Below are positions 11,801 through 26,800 of a DNA stretch of 64,000 nucleotides, in pieces. Position 1 is the first letter of the stretch. Each line of letters begins with the position of its first letter. The stretch covers positions 1 through 64,000 of the forward strand of contig JAUCBJ010000359.1 of the NCBI GenBank assembly GCA_032718475.1, written 5' to 3'. The notes beneath the pieces are model-generated. The model searched no databases. It saw only the letters and a list, made by a program, of their open reading frames with translations, and was not told where the DNA came from. The translations under genes and the position numbers were made by a program. This DNA comes from Nemertoderma westbladi. Its lineage: Eukaryota; Animalia; Xenacoelomorpha.

Positions 11801-14800
11801 GAACGCCATAGAATGGCAAAATATTCGTAAAATAGAGAACGCTACCTATAATGGGAAAATATTAGTAAAATAGAGAACGCTACCTGTAATGGCAAAATAT
11901 TAGTAAAATAGAGAACGCTACCTATAATGGCAAAATATTAGTAAATTAGAGAATGCTACCTATAATGGCAAAATATTAGTAAAATAGAGAACGCTACCTA
12001 TAAGGCAAAATATTAGTAAAATAGATAACGCTACCTGTAATGGCAAAATATTAGTAAAATAGAGAACGCTACCTATAATGGCAAAATATTTGTAAAATAG
12101 AGAACGCTACCTATAATGGCAAAATATTAGTAAAATAGAGAACGCTACCTATAATGGCAAAATATTAGTAAAATAGAAAACGTTACCTATAATGGAAAAA
12201 TATTAGTAAAATAGAGAACGCTACCTATAATGGCAAAATAATAGTAAAATAGAGAACGCCATAGAATGGCAAAATATTCGTAAAATAGAGAACGCTACCT
12301 ATAATGGCAAAATATTAGTAAAATAGAGAACGCTACCTATAATGGCAAAATATTAGTAAAATAGAAAACGCTACCTATAATGGCAAAATATTAGTAAAAT
12401 AGAGAACGCTACCTATAAGGCAAAATATTAGTAAAATAGAGAACGCTACCTGTAATGGCAAAATATTAGTAAAATAGAGAACGCTACCTATAATAGCAAA
12501 ATATTCGTAACATAGAGAACGCTACCTATAATGGGAAAATGTTAGTAAAATAGAGAACGCTACCTATAATGGCAAAATATTAGTAAAATAGAGAACGCTA
12601 CCTGTAATGGCAAAATAAAAGTAAAATAGAGAACGCCATAGAATGGCAAAATATTCGTAAAATAGAGAACGCTACCTATAATGGGAAAATATTAGTAAAA
12701 TAGAGAACGCTACCTATAATGGCAAAATATTAGTAAAATAGAGAACGCTACCTATAATGGCAAAATATTAGTAAAATAGAAAACGCTACCTATAATGGAA
12801 AAATATTAGTAAAATAGAGAACGCTACCTATAATGGCAAAATAATAGTAAAATAGAGAACGCTACCTATAATGGGAAAATATTAGTAAAATAGAGAACGC
12901 TACCTATAATGGCAAAATATTAGTAAAATAGAGAACGCTACCTATAATGGCAAAATATTAGTAAAATAGAGAACGCTACCTGTAATGGCAAAATATTAGT
13001 AAAATAGAGAACGCTACCTGTAATGGCAAAATAATAGTAAAATAGAGAACGCTACCTATAATGGCAATATAATAGTAAAATAGAGAACGCTACCTATAAT
13101 GGGAAAATATTAGTAAAATAGAGAACGCTACCTATAATGGCAAAATATTAGTAAAATAGAGAACGCTACCTATAAGGCAAAATATTAGTAAAATAGAGAA
13201 CGCTACCTGTAATGGCAAAATAATAGTAAAATAGAGAACGCCATAGAATGGCAAAATATTCGTAAAATAGAGAACGCTACCTATAATGGGAAAATATTAG
13301 TAAAATAGAGAACGCTACCTGTAATGGCAAAATAATAGTAAAATAGAGAATGCCATAGAATGGCAAAATATTCGTAAAATAGAGAACGCTACCTATAATG
13401 GGAAAATATTAGTAAAATAGAGAACGCTACCTGTAATGGCAAAATAATAGTAAAATAGAGAACGCCATAGAATGGCAAAATATTCGTAAAATAGAGAACG
13501 CTACCTATAATGGGAAAATATTAGTAAAATAGAGAACGCTACCTGTAATGGCAAAATAATAGTAAAATAGAGAACGCCATAGAATGGCAAAATATTCGTA
13601 AAATAGAGAACGCTACATATAATGGCAAAATAATAGTAAAATAGAGAACGCCATAGAATGGCAAAATATTAGTAAAATAGAGAATGCTACCTATAATAGC
13701 AAAATAATAGTAAAATAGAGAACGCCATAGAATGGCAAAATATTCGTAAAATAGAGAACGCTACCTATAATGGGAAAATATTAGTAAAATAGAGAACGCT
13801 ACCTGTAATGGCAAAATAATAGTAAAATAGAGAACGCCATAGAATGGCAAAATATTCGTAAAATAGAGAACGCTACCTATAATGGGAAAATATTAGTAAA
13901 ATAGAGAACGCTACCTGTAATGGCAAAATAATAGTAAAATAGAGAACGCCATAGAATGGCAAAATATTCGTAAAATAGAGAACGCTACCTATAATGGGAA
14001 AATATTAGTAAAATAGAGAACGCTACCTGTAATGGCAAAATATTAGTAAAATAGAGAACGCTACCTATAATGGCAAAATATTAGTAAATTAGAGAATGCT
14101 ACCTATAATGGCAAAATATTAGTAAAATAGAGAACGCTACCTATAAGGCAAAATATTAGTAAATTAGAGAACGCTACCTATAATGGCAAAATATTAGTAA
14201 AATAGAGAACGCTACCTATAATGGCAAAATATTAGTAAAATAGAGAACGCTACCTATAATGGCAAAATAATAGTAAAATAGAGAACGCCATAGAATGGCA
14301 AAATATTCGTAAAATAGAGAACGCTACCTATAATGGGAAAATATTAGTAAAATAGAGAACGCTACCTGTAATGGCAAAATATTAGTAAAATAGAGAACGC
14401 TACCTATAATGGCAAAATATTAGTAAATTAGAGAATGCTACCTATAATGGCAAAATATTAGTAAAATAGAGAACGCTACCTATAAGGCAAAATATTAGTA
14501 AATTAGAGAACGCTACCTATAATGGCAAAATATTAGTAAAATAGAGAACGCTACCTATAATGGGAAAATATTAGTAAAATAGAAAAAGCTACCTATAATG
14601 GGAAAATATTAGTAAAATAGAGAACGCTACCTATAATGGCAAAATATTAGTAAAATAGAAAACGCTACCTATAATGGCAAAATATTAGTAAAATAGAGAA
14701 CGCTACCTATAATGACAAAATATTAGTAAAATAGAGAACGCTACCTTTAAGGCAAAATATTAGTAAAATAGAGAACGCTACCTATAATGGCAAAATATTA

Positions 14801-17800
14801 GTAAAATAGAGAACGCTACCTATAATGGCAAAATAATAGTAAAATAGAGAACGCTACCTATAATGGCAAAATATTAGTGAAATAGAAAACGCTACCTATA
14901 ATGGAAAAATATTAGTAAAATAGAGAACGCTACCTATAATGGCAAAATAATAGTAAAATAGAGAACGCCATAGAATGGCAAAATATTCGTAAAATAGAGA
15001 ACGCTACCTATAATGGGAAAATATTAGTAAAATAGAGAACGCTACCTGTAATGGCAAAATATTAGTAAAATAGAGAACGCTACCTATAATGGCAAAATAT
15101 TAGTAAATTAGAGAACGCTACCTATAATGGCAAAATATTAGTAAAATAGAGAACGCTACCTATAATGGCAAAATATTAGTAAAATAGAAAACGCTACCTA
15201 TAATGGCAAAATATTAGTAAAATAGAGAAAGCTACCTATAATGACAAAATATTAGTAAAATAGAGAACGCTACCTATAATGGCAAAATAATAGTAAAATA
15301 GAGAACGCTACCTATAATGGCAAAATATTAGTAAAATAGAAAACGCTACCTATAATGGAAAAATATTAGTAAAATAGAGAACGCTACCTATAATGGCAAA
15401 ATAATAGTAAAATAGAGAACGCCATAGAATGGCAAAATATTCGTAAAATAGAGAACGCTACCTATAATGGGAAAATATTAGTAAAATAGAGAACGCTACC
15501 TGTAATGGCAAAATATTAGTAAAATAGAGAACGCTACCTATAATGGCAAAATATTAGTAAATTAGAGAACGCTACCTATAATGGCAAAATATTAGTAAAA
15601 TAGAGAACGCTACCTATAATGGCAAAATATTAGTAAAATAGAAAACGCTACCTATAATGGCAAAATATTAGTAAAATAGAGAAAGCTACCTATAATGACA
15701 AAATATTAGTAAAATAGAGAACGCTACCTATAATGGCAAAATAATAGTAAAATAGAGAACGCTACCTATAATGGCAAAATATTAGTAAAATAGAAAACGC
15801 TACCTATAATGGAAAAATATTAGTAAAATAGAGAACGCTACCTATAATGGCAAAATAATAGTAAAATAGAGAACGCCATAGAATGGCAAAATATTTGTAA
15901 AATAGAGAACGCTACCTATAATGGGAAAATATTAGTAAAATAGAGAACGCTACCTGTAATGGCAAAATATTAGTAAAATAGAGAACACTACCTATAATGG
16001 CAAAATATTAGTAAATTAGAGAACGCTACCTATAATGGCAAAATATTAGTAAAATAGAGAATGCTACCTATAATGGCAAAATATTAGTAAAATAGAAAAC
16101 GCTACCTATAATGGCAAAATATTAGTAAAATAGAGAATGCTACCTATAATGACAAAATATTAGTAAAGTAGAGAACGCTACCTATAATGGCAAAATAATA
16201 GTAAAATAGAGAACGCTACCTATAATGGCAAAATATTAGTAAAATAGAAAACGCTACCTATAATGGAAAAATATTAGTAAAATAGAGAACGCTACCTATA
16301 ATGGCAAAATAATAGTAAAATAGAGAACGCCATAGAATGGCAAAATATTCGTAAAATAGAGAACGCTACCTATAATGGGAAAATATTAGTAAAATATAGA
16401 ATGCTACCTATAATGGCAAAATATTAGTAAAATAGAAAACGCTACCTATAATGGCAAAATATTAGTAAAATAGAGAACGCTACCTATAATGACAAAATAT
16501 TAGTAAAATAGAGAACGCTACCTATAAGGCAAAATATTAGTAAAATAGAGAACGCTACCTATAATGGCAAAATATTAGTAAAATAGAGAACGCTACCTAG
16601 AATGGCAAAATAATAGTAAAATAGAGAATGCTACCTATAATGGCAAAATATTAGTAAAATAGAAAACGCTACCTATAATGGAAAAATATTAGTAAAATAG
16701 AGAACGCTACCTATAATGGCAAAATAATAGTAAAATAGAGAACGCCATAGAATGGCAAAATATTCGTAAAATAGAGAACGCTACCTATAATGGGAAAATA
16801 TTAGTAAAATAGAGAACGCTACCTGTAATGGCAAAATATTAGTAAAATAGAGAACGCTACCTATAATGGCAAAATATTAGTAAATTAGAGAACGCTACCT
16901 ATAATGGCAAAATATTAGTAAAATAGAGAACGCTACCTATAATGGCAAAATATTATTAAAATAGAAAACGCTACCTATAATGGCAAAATATTAGTAAAAT
17001 AGAGAACGCTACCTATAATGGCAAAATATTAGTAAAACAGAAAACACTACCTATAATGGCAAAATATTAGTAAAATAGAGAACGCTACCTATAATGACAA
17101 AATATTAGTAAAATAGAGAACGCTACCTATAAGGCAAAATATTAGTAAAATAGAGAATGCTACCTGTAATGGCAAAATATTAGCAAATTAGAGAACGCTA
17201 CCTATAATGGCAAAATATTAGTAAAATAGAGAACGCTACCTATAATGGCAAAATATTAGTAAAATAGAAAACGCTACCTATAATGGGAAAATATTAGTAA
17301 AATAGAGAACGCTACCTGTAATGGCAAAATATTAGTAAAGAAGAGAACGCTACCTATAATGGCAAAATATTAGTAAATTAGAGAACGCTACCTGTAATGG
17401 CAAAATATTAGTAAAATAGTGAACGCTACCTATAATGGCAAAATATTAGTAAAATAGAGAACGCTACCTATAATGGCAAAATATTAGTAAAATAGAGAAC
17501 GCTACCTATAATGGCAAAATATTAGTAAAATAGAAAACGCTACCTATAATGGGAAAATAATAGTAAAATAGAGAACGCTACCTATAATGGGAAAATATTA
17601 GTAAAATAGAGAACGCTACCTATAAGGCAAAATATTAGTAAAATAGAGAATGCTACCTGTAATGGCAAAATATTAGTAAATTAGAGAACGCTACCTATAA
17701 TGGCAAAATATTAGTAAAATAGAAAAAGCTACCTATAATGGGAAAATATTAGTAAAATAGAGAACGCTACCTATAATGGGAAAATAATAGTAAAATAGAG

Positions 17801-20800
17801 AACGCTATAGAATGGCAAAATATTAGTAAAATAGAGAACGCTACCTATAATGGCAAAATATTAGTAAAATAGAGAACGCTACCTATAATGGCAAAATATT
17901 AGTAAAAGAGAACGCTACCTATAATGGCAAAATATTAGTAAAATAGAGAACGCTACCTATAATGGCAAAATAATAGTAAAATAGAGAACATTATATAATG
18001 GCAAAATATTAGTAAAATAGAGAACGCTACCTATAATGGGAAAATATTAGTAAAATAGAGAACGCTACCTATAATGGCAAAATAATAGTAAAATAGAGAA
18101 CACTATATAATGGCAAAATATTAGTAAAATAGAGAACGCTACCTATAATGGCAAAATATTAGTAAAATAGAGAACGCTACATAGAGAACGCTACCTATAA
18201 TGGCAAAATATTAGTAAAATAGAGAATGCTACCTATAATGGAAAAATATTAGTAAAATAGAGAATGCTACCTATAATGGCAAAATATTAGTAAAATAGAG
18301 AACGCTACCTATAAGGCAAAATATTAGTAAAATAGAGAACGCTACCTATAATGGCAAAATATTAGTAAAATAGAGAACGCTACCTATAATGGCAAAATAT
18401 TAGTAAAATAGAGAACGCTACCTATAATGGCAAAATATTAGTAAAATAGAGAACGCTACCTATAATGGGAAAATATTAGTAAAATAGAAAAAGCTACCTA
18501 TAATGGGAAAATATTAGTAAAATAGAGAACGCTACCTATAATGGGAAAATAATAGTAAAATATAGAACGCTACCTATAATGGGAAAATATTAGTAAAATA
18601 GAAAAAGCTACCTATAATGGCAAAATATTAGTAAAATAGAGAATGCTACCTATAATGGCAAAATATTAGTAAAATAGAGAACGCTACCTATAATGGGAAA
18701 ATATTAGTAAAATAGAAAAAGCTACCTATAATGGGAAAATATTAGTAAAATAGAGAACGCTACCTATAATGGGAAAATAATAGTAAAATAGAGAACGCTA
18801 TAGAATGGCAAAATATTAGTAAAATAGAGAACGCTACCTATAATGGCAAAATATTAGTAAAATAGAGAACGCTACCTATAATGGCAAAATATTAGTAAAA
18901 TAGAGAACGCTACCTATAATGGGAAAATATTAGTAAAATAGTGAACGCTACCTATAATGGGAAAATATTAGTAAAATAGAGAACGCTACCTATAATGGCA
19001 AAATATTAGTAAAATAGAGAACGCTACCTATAATGGAAAAACAATAGTAAAATAGAGAACGCTACCTATAATGGGAAAATATTAGTAAAATAGAGAATGC
19101 TACCTATAATGGGAAAATATTAGTCAAATAGAGAACGCTACCTATAATGGCAAAATATTAGTAAAATAGAGAACGCTACCTGTAATGGCAAAATATTAGT
19201 AAAATAGAGAACGCTACCTATAATGGCAAAATAATACTAAAAAAGAGAACGCTACCTATAATGGGAAAATATTAGTAAAATAGAGAACGCTACCTATAAT
19301 GGCAAAATAATAGTAAAATAGAGAACGCTACCTATAATGGGAAAATATTAGTAAATTAGAAAACGCTACCTATAATGGCAAAATAATAGTAAAATAGAGA
19401 ACGCTACCTATAATGGGAAAATATTAGTAAAATAGTGAACGCTACCTATAATGGGAAAATATTAGTAAAATAGAGAACGCTACCTATAATGGCAAAATAT
19501 TAGTAAAATAGAGAACGCTACCTATAATGGCAAAATAATAGTAAAATAGAGAACGCTACCTATAATGGGAAAATATTAGTAAAATAGAGAACGCTACCTA
19601 TAATGGCAAAATATTAGTAAAATAGAGAACGCTACCTATAATGGCAAAATATTAGTAAAATAGAGAACGCTACCTGTAATGGCAAAATATTAGTAAAATA
19701 GAGAACGCTACCTGTAATGGCAAAATATTAGTAAAATAGAGAACGCTACCTATAATGGCAAAATATTACTAAAATAGAGAACGCTACCTATAATGGGAAA
19801 ATATTAGTAAAATAGTGAACGCTACCTATAATGGGAAAATATTAGTAAAATAGAGAACGCTACCTATAATGGCAAAATATTAGTAAAATAGAGAACGCTA
19901 CCTATAATGGCAAAATAATAGTAAAATAGAGAACGCTACCTATAATGGGAAAATATTAGTAAAATAGAGAACGCTACCTATAATGGCAAAATATTAGTAA
20001 AATAGAGAACGCTACCTATAATGGCAAAATATTAGTAAAATAGAGAACGCTACCTGTAATGGCAAAATATTAGTAAAATAGAGAACGCTACCTGTAATGG
20101 CAAAAAAATAGTAAAATAGAGAACGCTACCTATAATGGGAAAATATTAGTAAAATAGAGAACGCTACCTGTAATGGCAAAATAATAGTAAAATAGAGAAC
20201 GCCATAGAATGGCAAAATATTCGTAAAATAGAGAACGCTACCTATAATGGGAAAATATTAGTAAAATAGAGAACGCTACCTGTAATGGCAAAATAATAGT
20301 AAAATAGAGAACGCCATAGAATGGCAAAATATTCGTAAAATAGAGAACGCTACCTATAATGGGAAAATATTAGTAAAATAGAGAACGCTACCTGTAATGG
20401 CAAAATAATAGTAAAATAGAGAACGCCATAGAATGGCAAAATATTCGTAAAATAGAGAACGCTACCTATAATGGCAAAATAATAGTAAAATAGAGAACGC
20501 CATAGAATGGCAAAATATTAGTAAAATAGAGAACGCTACCTATAATGGCAAAATAATAGTAAAATAGAGAACGCCATAGAATGGCAAAATATTCGTAAAA
20601 TAGAGAACGCTACCTAAAATGGGAAAATATTAGTAAAATAGAGAACGCTACCTGTAATGGCAAAATAATAGTAAAATAGAGAACGCCATAGAATGGCAAA
20701 ATATTCGTAAAATAGAGAACGCTACCTATAATGGGAAAATATTAGTGAAATAGAGAACGCTACCTGTAATGGCAAAATAATAGTAAAATAGAGAACGCCA

Positions 20801-23800
20801 TAGAATGGCAAAATATTCGTAAAATAGAGAACGCTACCTATAATGGGAAAATATTAGTAAAATAGAGAACGCTACCTGTAATGGCAAAATATTAGTGAAA
20901 TAGAGAACGCTACCTATAATGGCAAAATATTAGTAAATTAGAGAATGCTACCTATAATGGCAAAATATTAGTAAAATAGAGAACGCTACCTATAAGGCAA
21001 AATATTAGTAAATTAGAGAACGCTACCTATAATGGCAAAATATTAGTAAAATAGAGAACGCTACCTATAATGGCAAAATATTAGTAAAATAGAGAACGCT
21101 ACCTATAATGGCAAAATAATAGTAAAATAGAGAACGCCATAGAATGGCAAAATATTCGTAAAATAGAGAACGCTACCTATAATGGGAAAATATTAGTAAA
21201 ATAGAGAACGCTACCTGTAATGGCAAAATATTAGTAAAATAGAGAACGCTACCTATAATGGCAAAATATTAGTAAATTAGAGAATGCTACTTATAATGGC
21301 AAAATATTAGTAAAATAGAGAACGCTACCTATAAGGCAAAATATTAGTAAATTAGAGAACGCTACCTATAATGGCAAAATATTAGTAAAATAGAGAACGC
21401 TACCTATAATGGGAAAATATTAGTAAAATAGAAAAAGCTACCTATAATGGGAAAATATTAGTAAAATAGAGAACGCTACCTATAATGGCAAAATATTAGT
21501 AAAATAGAAAACGCTACCTATAATGGCAAAATATTAGTAAAATAGAGAACGCTACCTATAATGACAAAATATTAGTAAAATAGAGAACGCTACCTATAAT
21601 GCAAAATATTAGTAAAATAGAGAACGCTACCTATAATGGCAAAATATTAGTAAAATAGAGAACGCTACCTATAATGGCAAAATAATAGTAAAATAGAGAA
21701 CGCTACCTATAATGGCAAAATATTAGTAAAATAGAATACGCTACCTATAATGGAAAAATATTAGTAAAATAGAGAACGCTACCTATAATGGCAAAATAAT
21801 AGTAAAATAGAGAACGCCATAGAATGGCAAAATATTCGTAAAATAGAGAACGCTACCTATAATGGGAAAATATTAGTAAAATAGAGCACGCTACCTGTAA
21901 TGGCAAAATATTAGTAAAATAGAGAACGCTACCTATAATGGCAAAATATTAGTAAATTAGAGAACGCTACCTATAATGGCAAAATATTAGTAAAATAGAG
22001 AATGCTACCTATAATGGCAAAATATTAGTAAAATAGAAAACGCTACCTATAATGGCAAAATATTAGTAAAATAGAGAACGCTACCTATAATGACAAAATA
22101 TTAGTAAAATAGAGAACGCTACCTATAATGGCAAAATAATAGTAAAATAGAGAACGCTACCTATATTGGCAAAATATTAGTAAAATAGAAAACGCTACCT
22201 ATAATGGAAAAATATTAGTAAAATAGAGAACGCTACCTATAATGGCAAAATAATAGTAAAATAGAGAACGCCATAGAATGGCAAAATATTAGTAAAATAG
22301 AGAACGCTACCTATAATGGGAAAATATTAGTAAAATAGAGAACGCTACCTGTAATGGCAAAATATTAGTAAAATAGAGAACACTACCTATAATGGCAAAA
22401 TATTAGTAAATTAGAGAACGCTACCTATAATGGCAAAATATTAGTAAAATAGAGAACGCTACCTATAATGGCAAAATATTAGTAAAATAGAAAACGCTAC
22501 CTATAATGGCAAAATATTACTAAAATAGAGAATGCTACCTATAATGACAAAATATTAGTAAAATAGAGAACGCTACCTATAATGGCAAAATAATAATAAA
22601 ATAGAGAACGCTACCTATAATGGCAAAATATTAGTAAAATAGAAAACGCTACCTATAATGGAAAAATATTAGTAAAATAGAAAACGCTACCTATAATGGA
22701 AAAATTTTAGTAAAATAGAGAACGCTACCTACAATGGCAAAATAATAGTAAAATAGAGAACGCCATAGAATGGCAAAATATTCGTAAAATAGAGAACGCT
22801 ACCTATAATGGGAAAATATTAGTAAAATAGAGAACGCTACCTGTAATGGCAAAATATTAGTAAAATAGAGAACGCTACCTATAATGGCAAAATATTAGTA
22901 AATTAGAGAACGCTACCTATAATGGCAAAATATTAGTAAAATAGAGAACGCTACCTATAATGGCAAAATATTAGTAAAATAGAAAACGCTACCTATAATG
23001 GCAAAATATTAGTAAAATAGAGAACGCTACCTATAATGGCAAAATATTAGTAAAATAGAAAACGCTACCTATAATGGCAAAATATTAGTAAAATAGAGAA
23101 CGCTACCTATAATGGCAAAATAATAGTAAAATAGAGAACGCTACCTATAAGGCAAAATATTAGTAAAATAAAGAATGCTACCTGTAATGGCAAAATATTA
23201 GTAAATTAGAGAACGCTACCTATAATGGCAAAATATTAGTAAAATAGAGAACGCTACCTATAATGGCAAAATATTAGTAAAATAGAAAACGCTACCTATA
23301 ATGGGAAAATATTAGTAAAATAGAGAACGCTACCTGTAATGGCAAAATATTAGTAAAATAGAGAACGCTACCTATAATGGCAAAATATTAGTAAATTAGA
23401 GAACGCTACCTGTAATGGCAAAATATTAGTAAAATAGTGAACGCCATAGAATGGCAAAATATTAGTAAAATAGAGAACGCTACCTATAATGGGAAAATAT
23501 TAGTAAAATAGAGAACGCTACCTGTAATGGCAAAATAATAGTAAAATAGAGAACGCCATAGAATGGCAAAATATTCGTAAAATAGAGAACGCTACCTATA
23601 ATGGGAAAATATTAGTAAAATAGAGAACGCTACCTGTAATGGCAAAATATTAGTAAAATAGAGAACGCTACCTATAATGGCAAAATATTAGTAAATTAGA
23701 GAACGCTACCTGTAATGGCAAAATATTAGTAAAATAGAGAACGCCATAGAATGGCATAATATTCGTAAAATAGAGAACACTACCTATAATGGGAAAATAT

Positions 23801-26800
23801 TAGTAAAATAGAGAACGCTACCTGTAATGGCAAAATAATAGTAAAATAGAGAACGCCATAGAATGGCAAAATATTCGTAAAATAGAGAACGCTACCTATA
23901 ATGGGAAAATATTAGTAAAATAGAGAACGCTACCTGTAATGGCAAAATAATAGTAAAATAGAGAACGCCATAGAATGGCAAAATATTCGTAAAATAGAGA
24001 ACGCTACCTATAATGGCAAAATAATAGTAAAATAGAGAACGCCATAGAATGGCAAAATATTAGTAAAATAGAGAACGCTACCTATAATGGCAAAATAATA
24101 GTAAAATAGAGAACGCCATAGAATGGCAAAATATTCGTAAAATAGAGAACGCTACCTATAATGGGAAAATATTAGTAAAATAGAGAACGCTACCTGTAAT
24201 GGCAAAATAATAGTAAAATAGAGAACGCCATAGAATGGCAAAATATTCGTAAAATAGAGAACGCTACCTATAATGGGAAAATATTAGTGAAATAGAGAAC
24301 GCTACCTGTAATGGCAAAATAATAGTAAAATAGAGAACGCCATAGAATGGCAAAATATTCGTAAAATAGAGAACGCTACCTATAATGGGAAAATATTAGT
24401 AAAATAGAGAACGCTACCTGTAATGGCAAAATATTAGTGAAATAGAGAACGCTACCTATAATGGCAAAATATTAGTAAATTAGAGAATGCTACCTATAAT
24501 GGCAAAATATTAGTAAAATAGAGAACGCTACCTATAAGGCAAAATATTAGTAAATTAGAGAACGCTACCTATAATGGCAAAATATTAGTAAAATAGAGAA
24601 CGCTACCTATAATGGCAAAATATTAGTAAAATAGAGAACGCTACCTATAATGGCAAAATAATAGTAAAATAGAGAACGCCATAGAATGGCAAAATATTCG
24701 TAAAATAGAGAACGCTACCTATAATGGGAAAATATTAGTAAAATAGAGAACGCTACCTGTAATGGCAAAATATTAGTAAAATGGAGAACGCTACCTATAA
24801 TGGCAAAATATTAGTAAATTAGAGAATGCTACTTATAATGGCAAAATATTAGTAAAATAGAGAACGCTACCTATAAGGCAAAATATTAGTAAATTAGAGA
24901 ACGCTACCTATAATGGCAAAATATTAGTAAAATAGAGAACGCTACCTATAATGGGAAAATATTAGTAAAATAGAAAAAGCTACCTATAATGGGAAAATAT
25001 TAGTAAAATAGAGAACGCTACCTATAATGGCAAAATATTAGTAAAATAGAAAACGCTACCTATAATGGCAAAATATTAGTAAAATAGAGAACGCTACCTA
25101 TAATGACAAAATATTAGTAAAATAGAGAACGCTACCTATAATGCAAAATATTAGTAAAATAGAGAACGCTACCTATAATGGCAAAATATTAGTAAAATAG
25201 AGAACGCTACCTATAATGGCAAAATAATAGTAAAATAGAGAACGCTACCTATAATGGCAAAATATTAGTAAAATAGAATACGCTACCTATAATGGAAAAA
25301 TATTAGTAAAATAGAGAACGCTACCTATAATGGCAAAATAATAGTAAAATAGAGAACGCCATAGAATGGCAAAATATTCGTAAAATAGAGAACGCTACCT
25401 ATAATGGGAAAATATTAGTAAAATAGAGCACGCTACCTGTAATGGCAAAATATTAGTAAAATAGAGAACGCTACCTATAATGGCAAAATATTAGTAAATT
25501 AGAGAACGCTACCTATAATGGCAAAATATTAGTAAAATAGAGAACGCTACCTATAATGGCAAAATATTAGTAAAATAGAAAACGCTACCTATAATGGCAA
25601 AATATTAGTAAAATAGAGAACGCTACCTATAATGACAAAATATTAGTAAAATAGAGAACGCTACCTATAATGGCAAAATAATAGTAAAATAGAGAACGCT
25701 ACCTATATTGGCAAAATATTAGTAAAATAGAAAACGCTACCTATAATGGAAAAATATTAGTAAAATAGAGAACGCTACCTATAATGGCAAAATAATAGTA
25801 AAATAGAGAACGCCATAGAATGGCAAAATATTAGTAAAATAGAGAACGCTACCTATAATGGGAAAATATTAGTAAAATAGAGAACGCTACCTGTAATGGC
25901 AAAATATTAGTAAAATAGAGAACACTACCTATAATGGCAAAATATTAGTAAATTAGAGAACGCTACCTATAATGGCAAAATATTAGTAAAATAGAGAACG
26001 CTACCTATAATGGCAAAATATTAGTAAAATAGAAAACGCTACCTATAATGGCAAAATATTAGTAAAATAGAGAATGCTACCTATAATGACAAAATATTAG
26101 TAAAATAGAGAACGCTACCTATAATGGCAAAATAATAATAAAATAGAGAACGCTACCTATAATGGCAAAATATTAGTAAAATAGAAAACGCTACCTATAA
26201 TGGAAAAATATTAGTAAAATAGAGAACGCTACCTATAATGGCAAAATAATAGTAAAATAGAGAACGCTACCTATAATAACAAAATATTAGTAAAATAGAA
26301 AACGCTACCTATAATGGCAAAATATTAGTAAAATAGAGAACGCTACCTATAATGACAAAATATTAGTAAAATAGAGAACGCTACCTATAAGGCAAAATAT
26401 TAGTAAAATAGAGAACGCTACCTATAATGGCAAAATATTAGTAAAATAGAGAATGCTACCTATAATGGCAAAATATTAGTAAAATAGAGAACGCTACCTA
26501 TAATGACAAAATATTAGTAAAATAGAGAACGCTACCTATAAGGCAAAATAGTAGTAAAATAGAGAACGCTACCTATAAGGCAAAATATTAGTAAAATAGA
26601 GAACGCTACCTATAATGGCAAAATATTAGTAAAATAGAGAATGCTACCTATAATGGCAAAATAATAGTAAAATAGAGAACGCTACCTATAAGGCAAAATA
26701 TTAGTAAAATAAAGAACGCTACCTATAATGGCAAAATATTAGTAAAATAGAGAATGCTACCTATAATGGCAAAATAATAGTAAAATAGAGAATGCTACCT

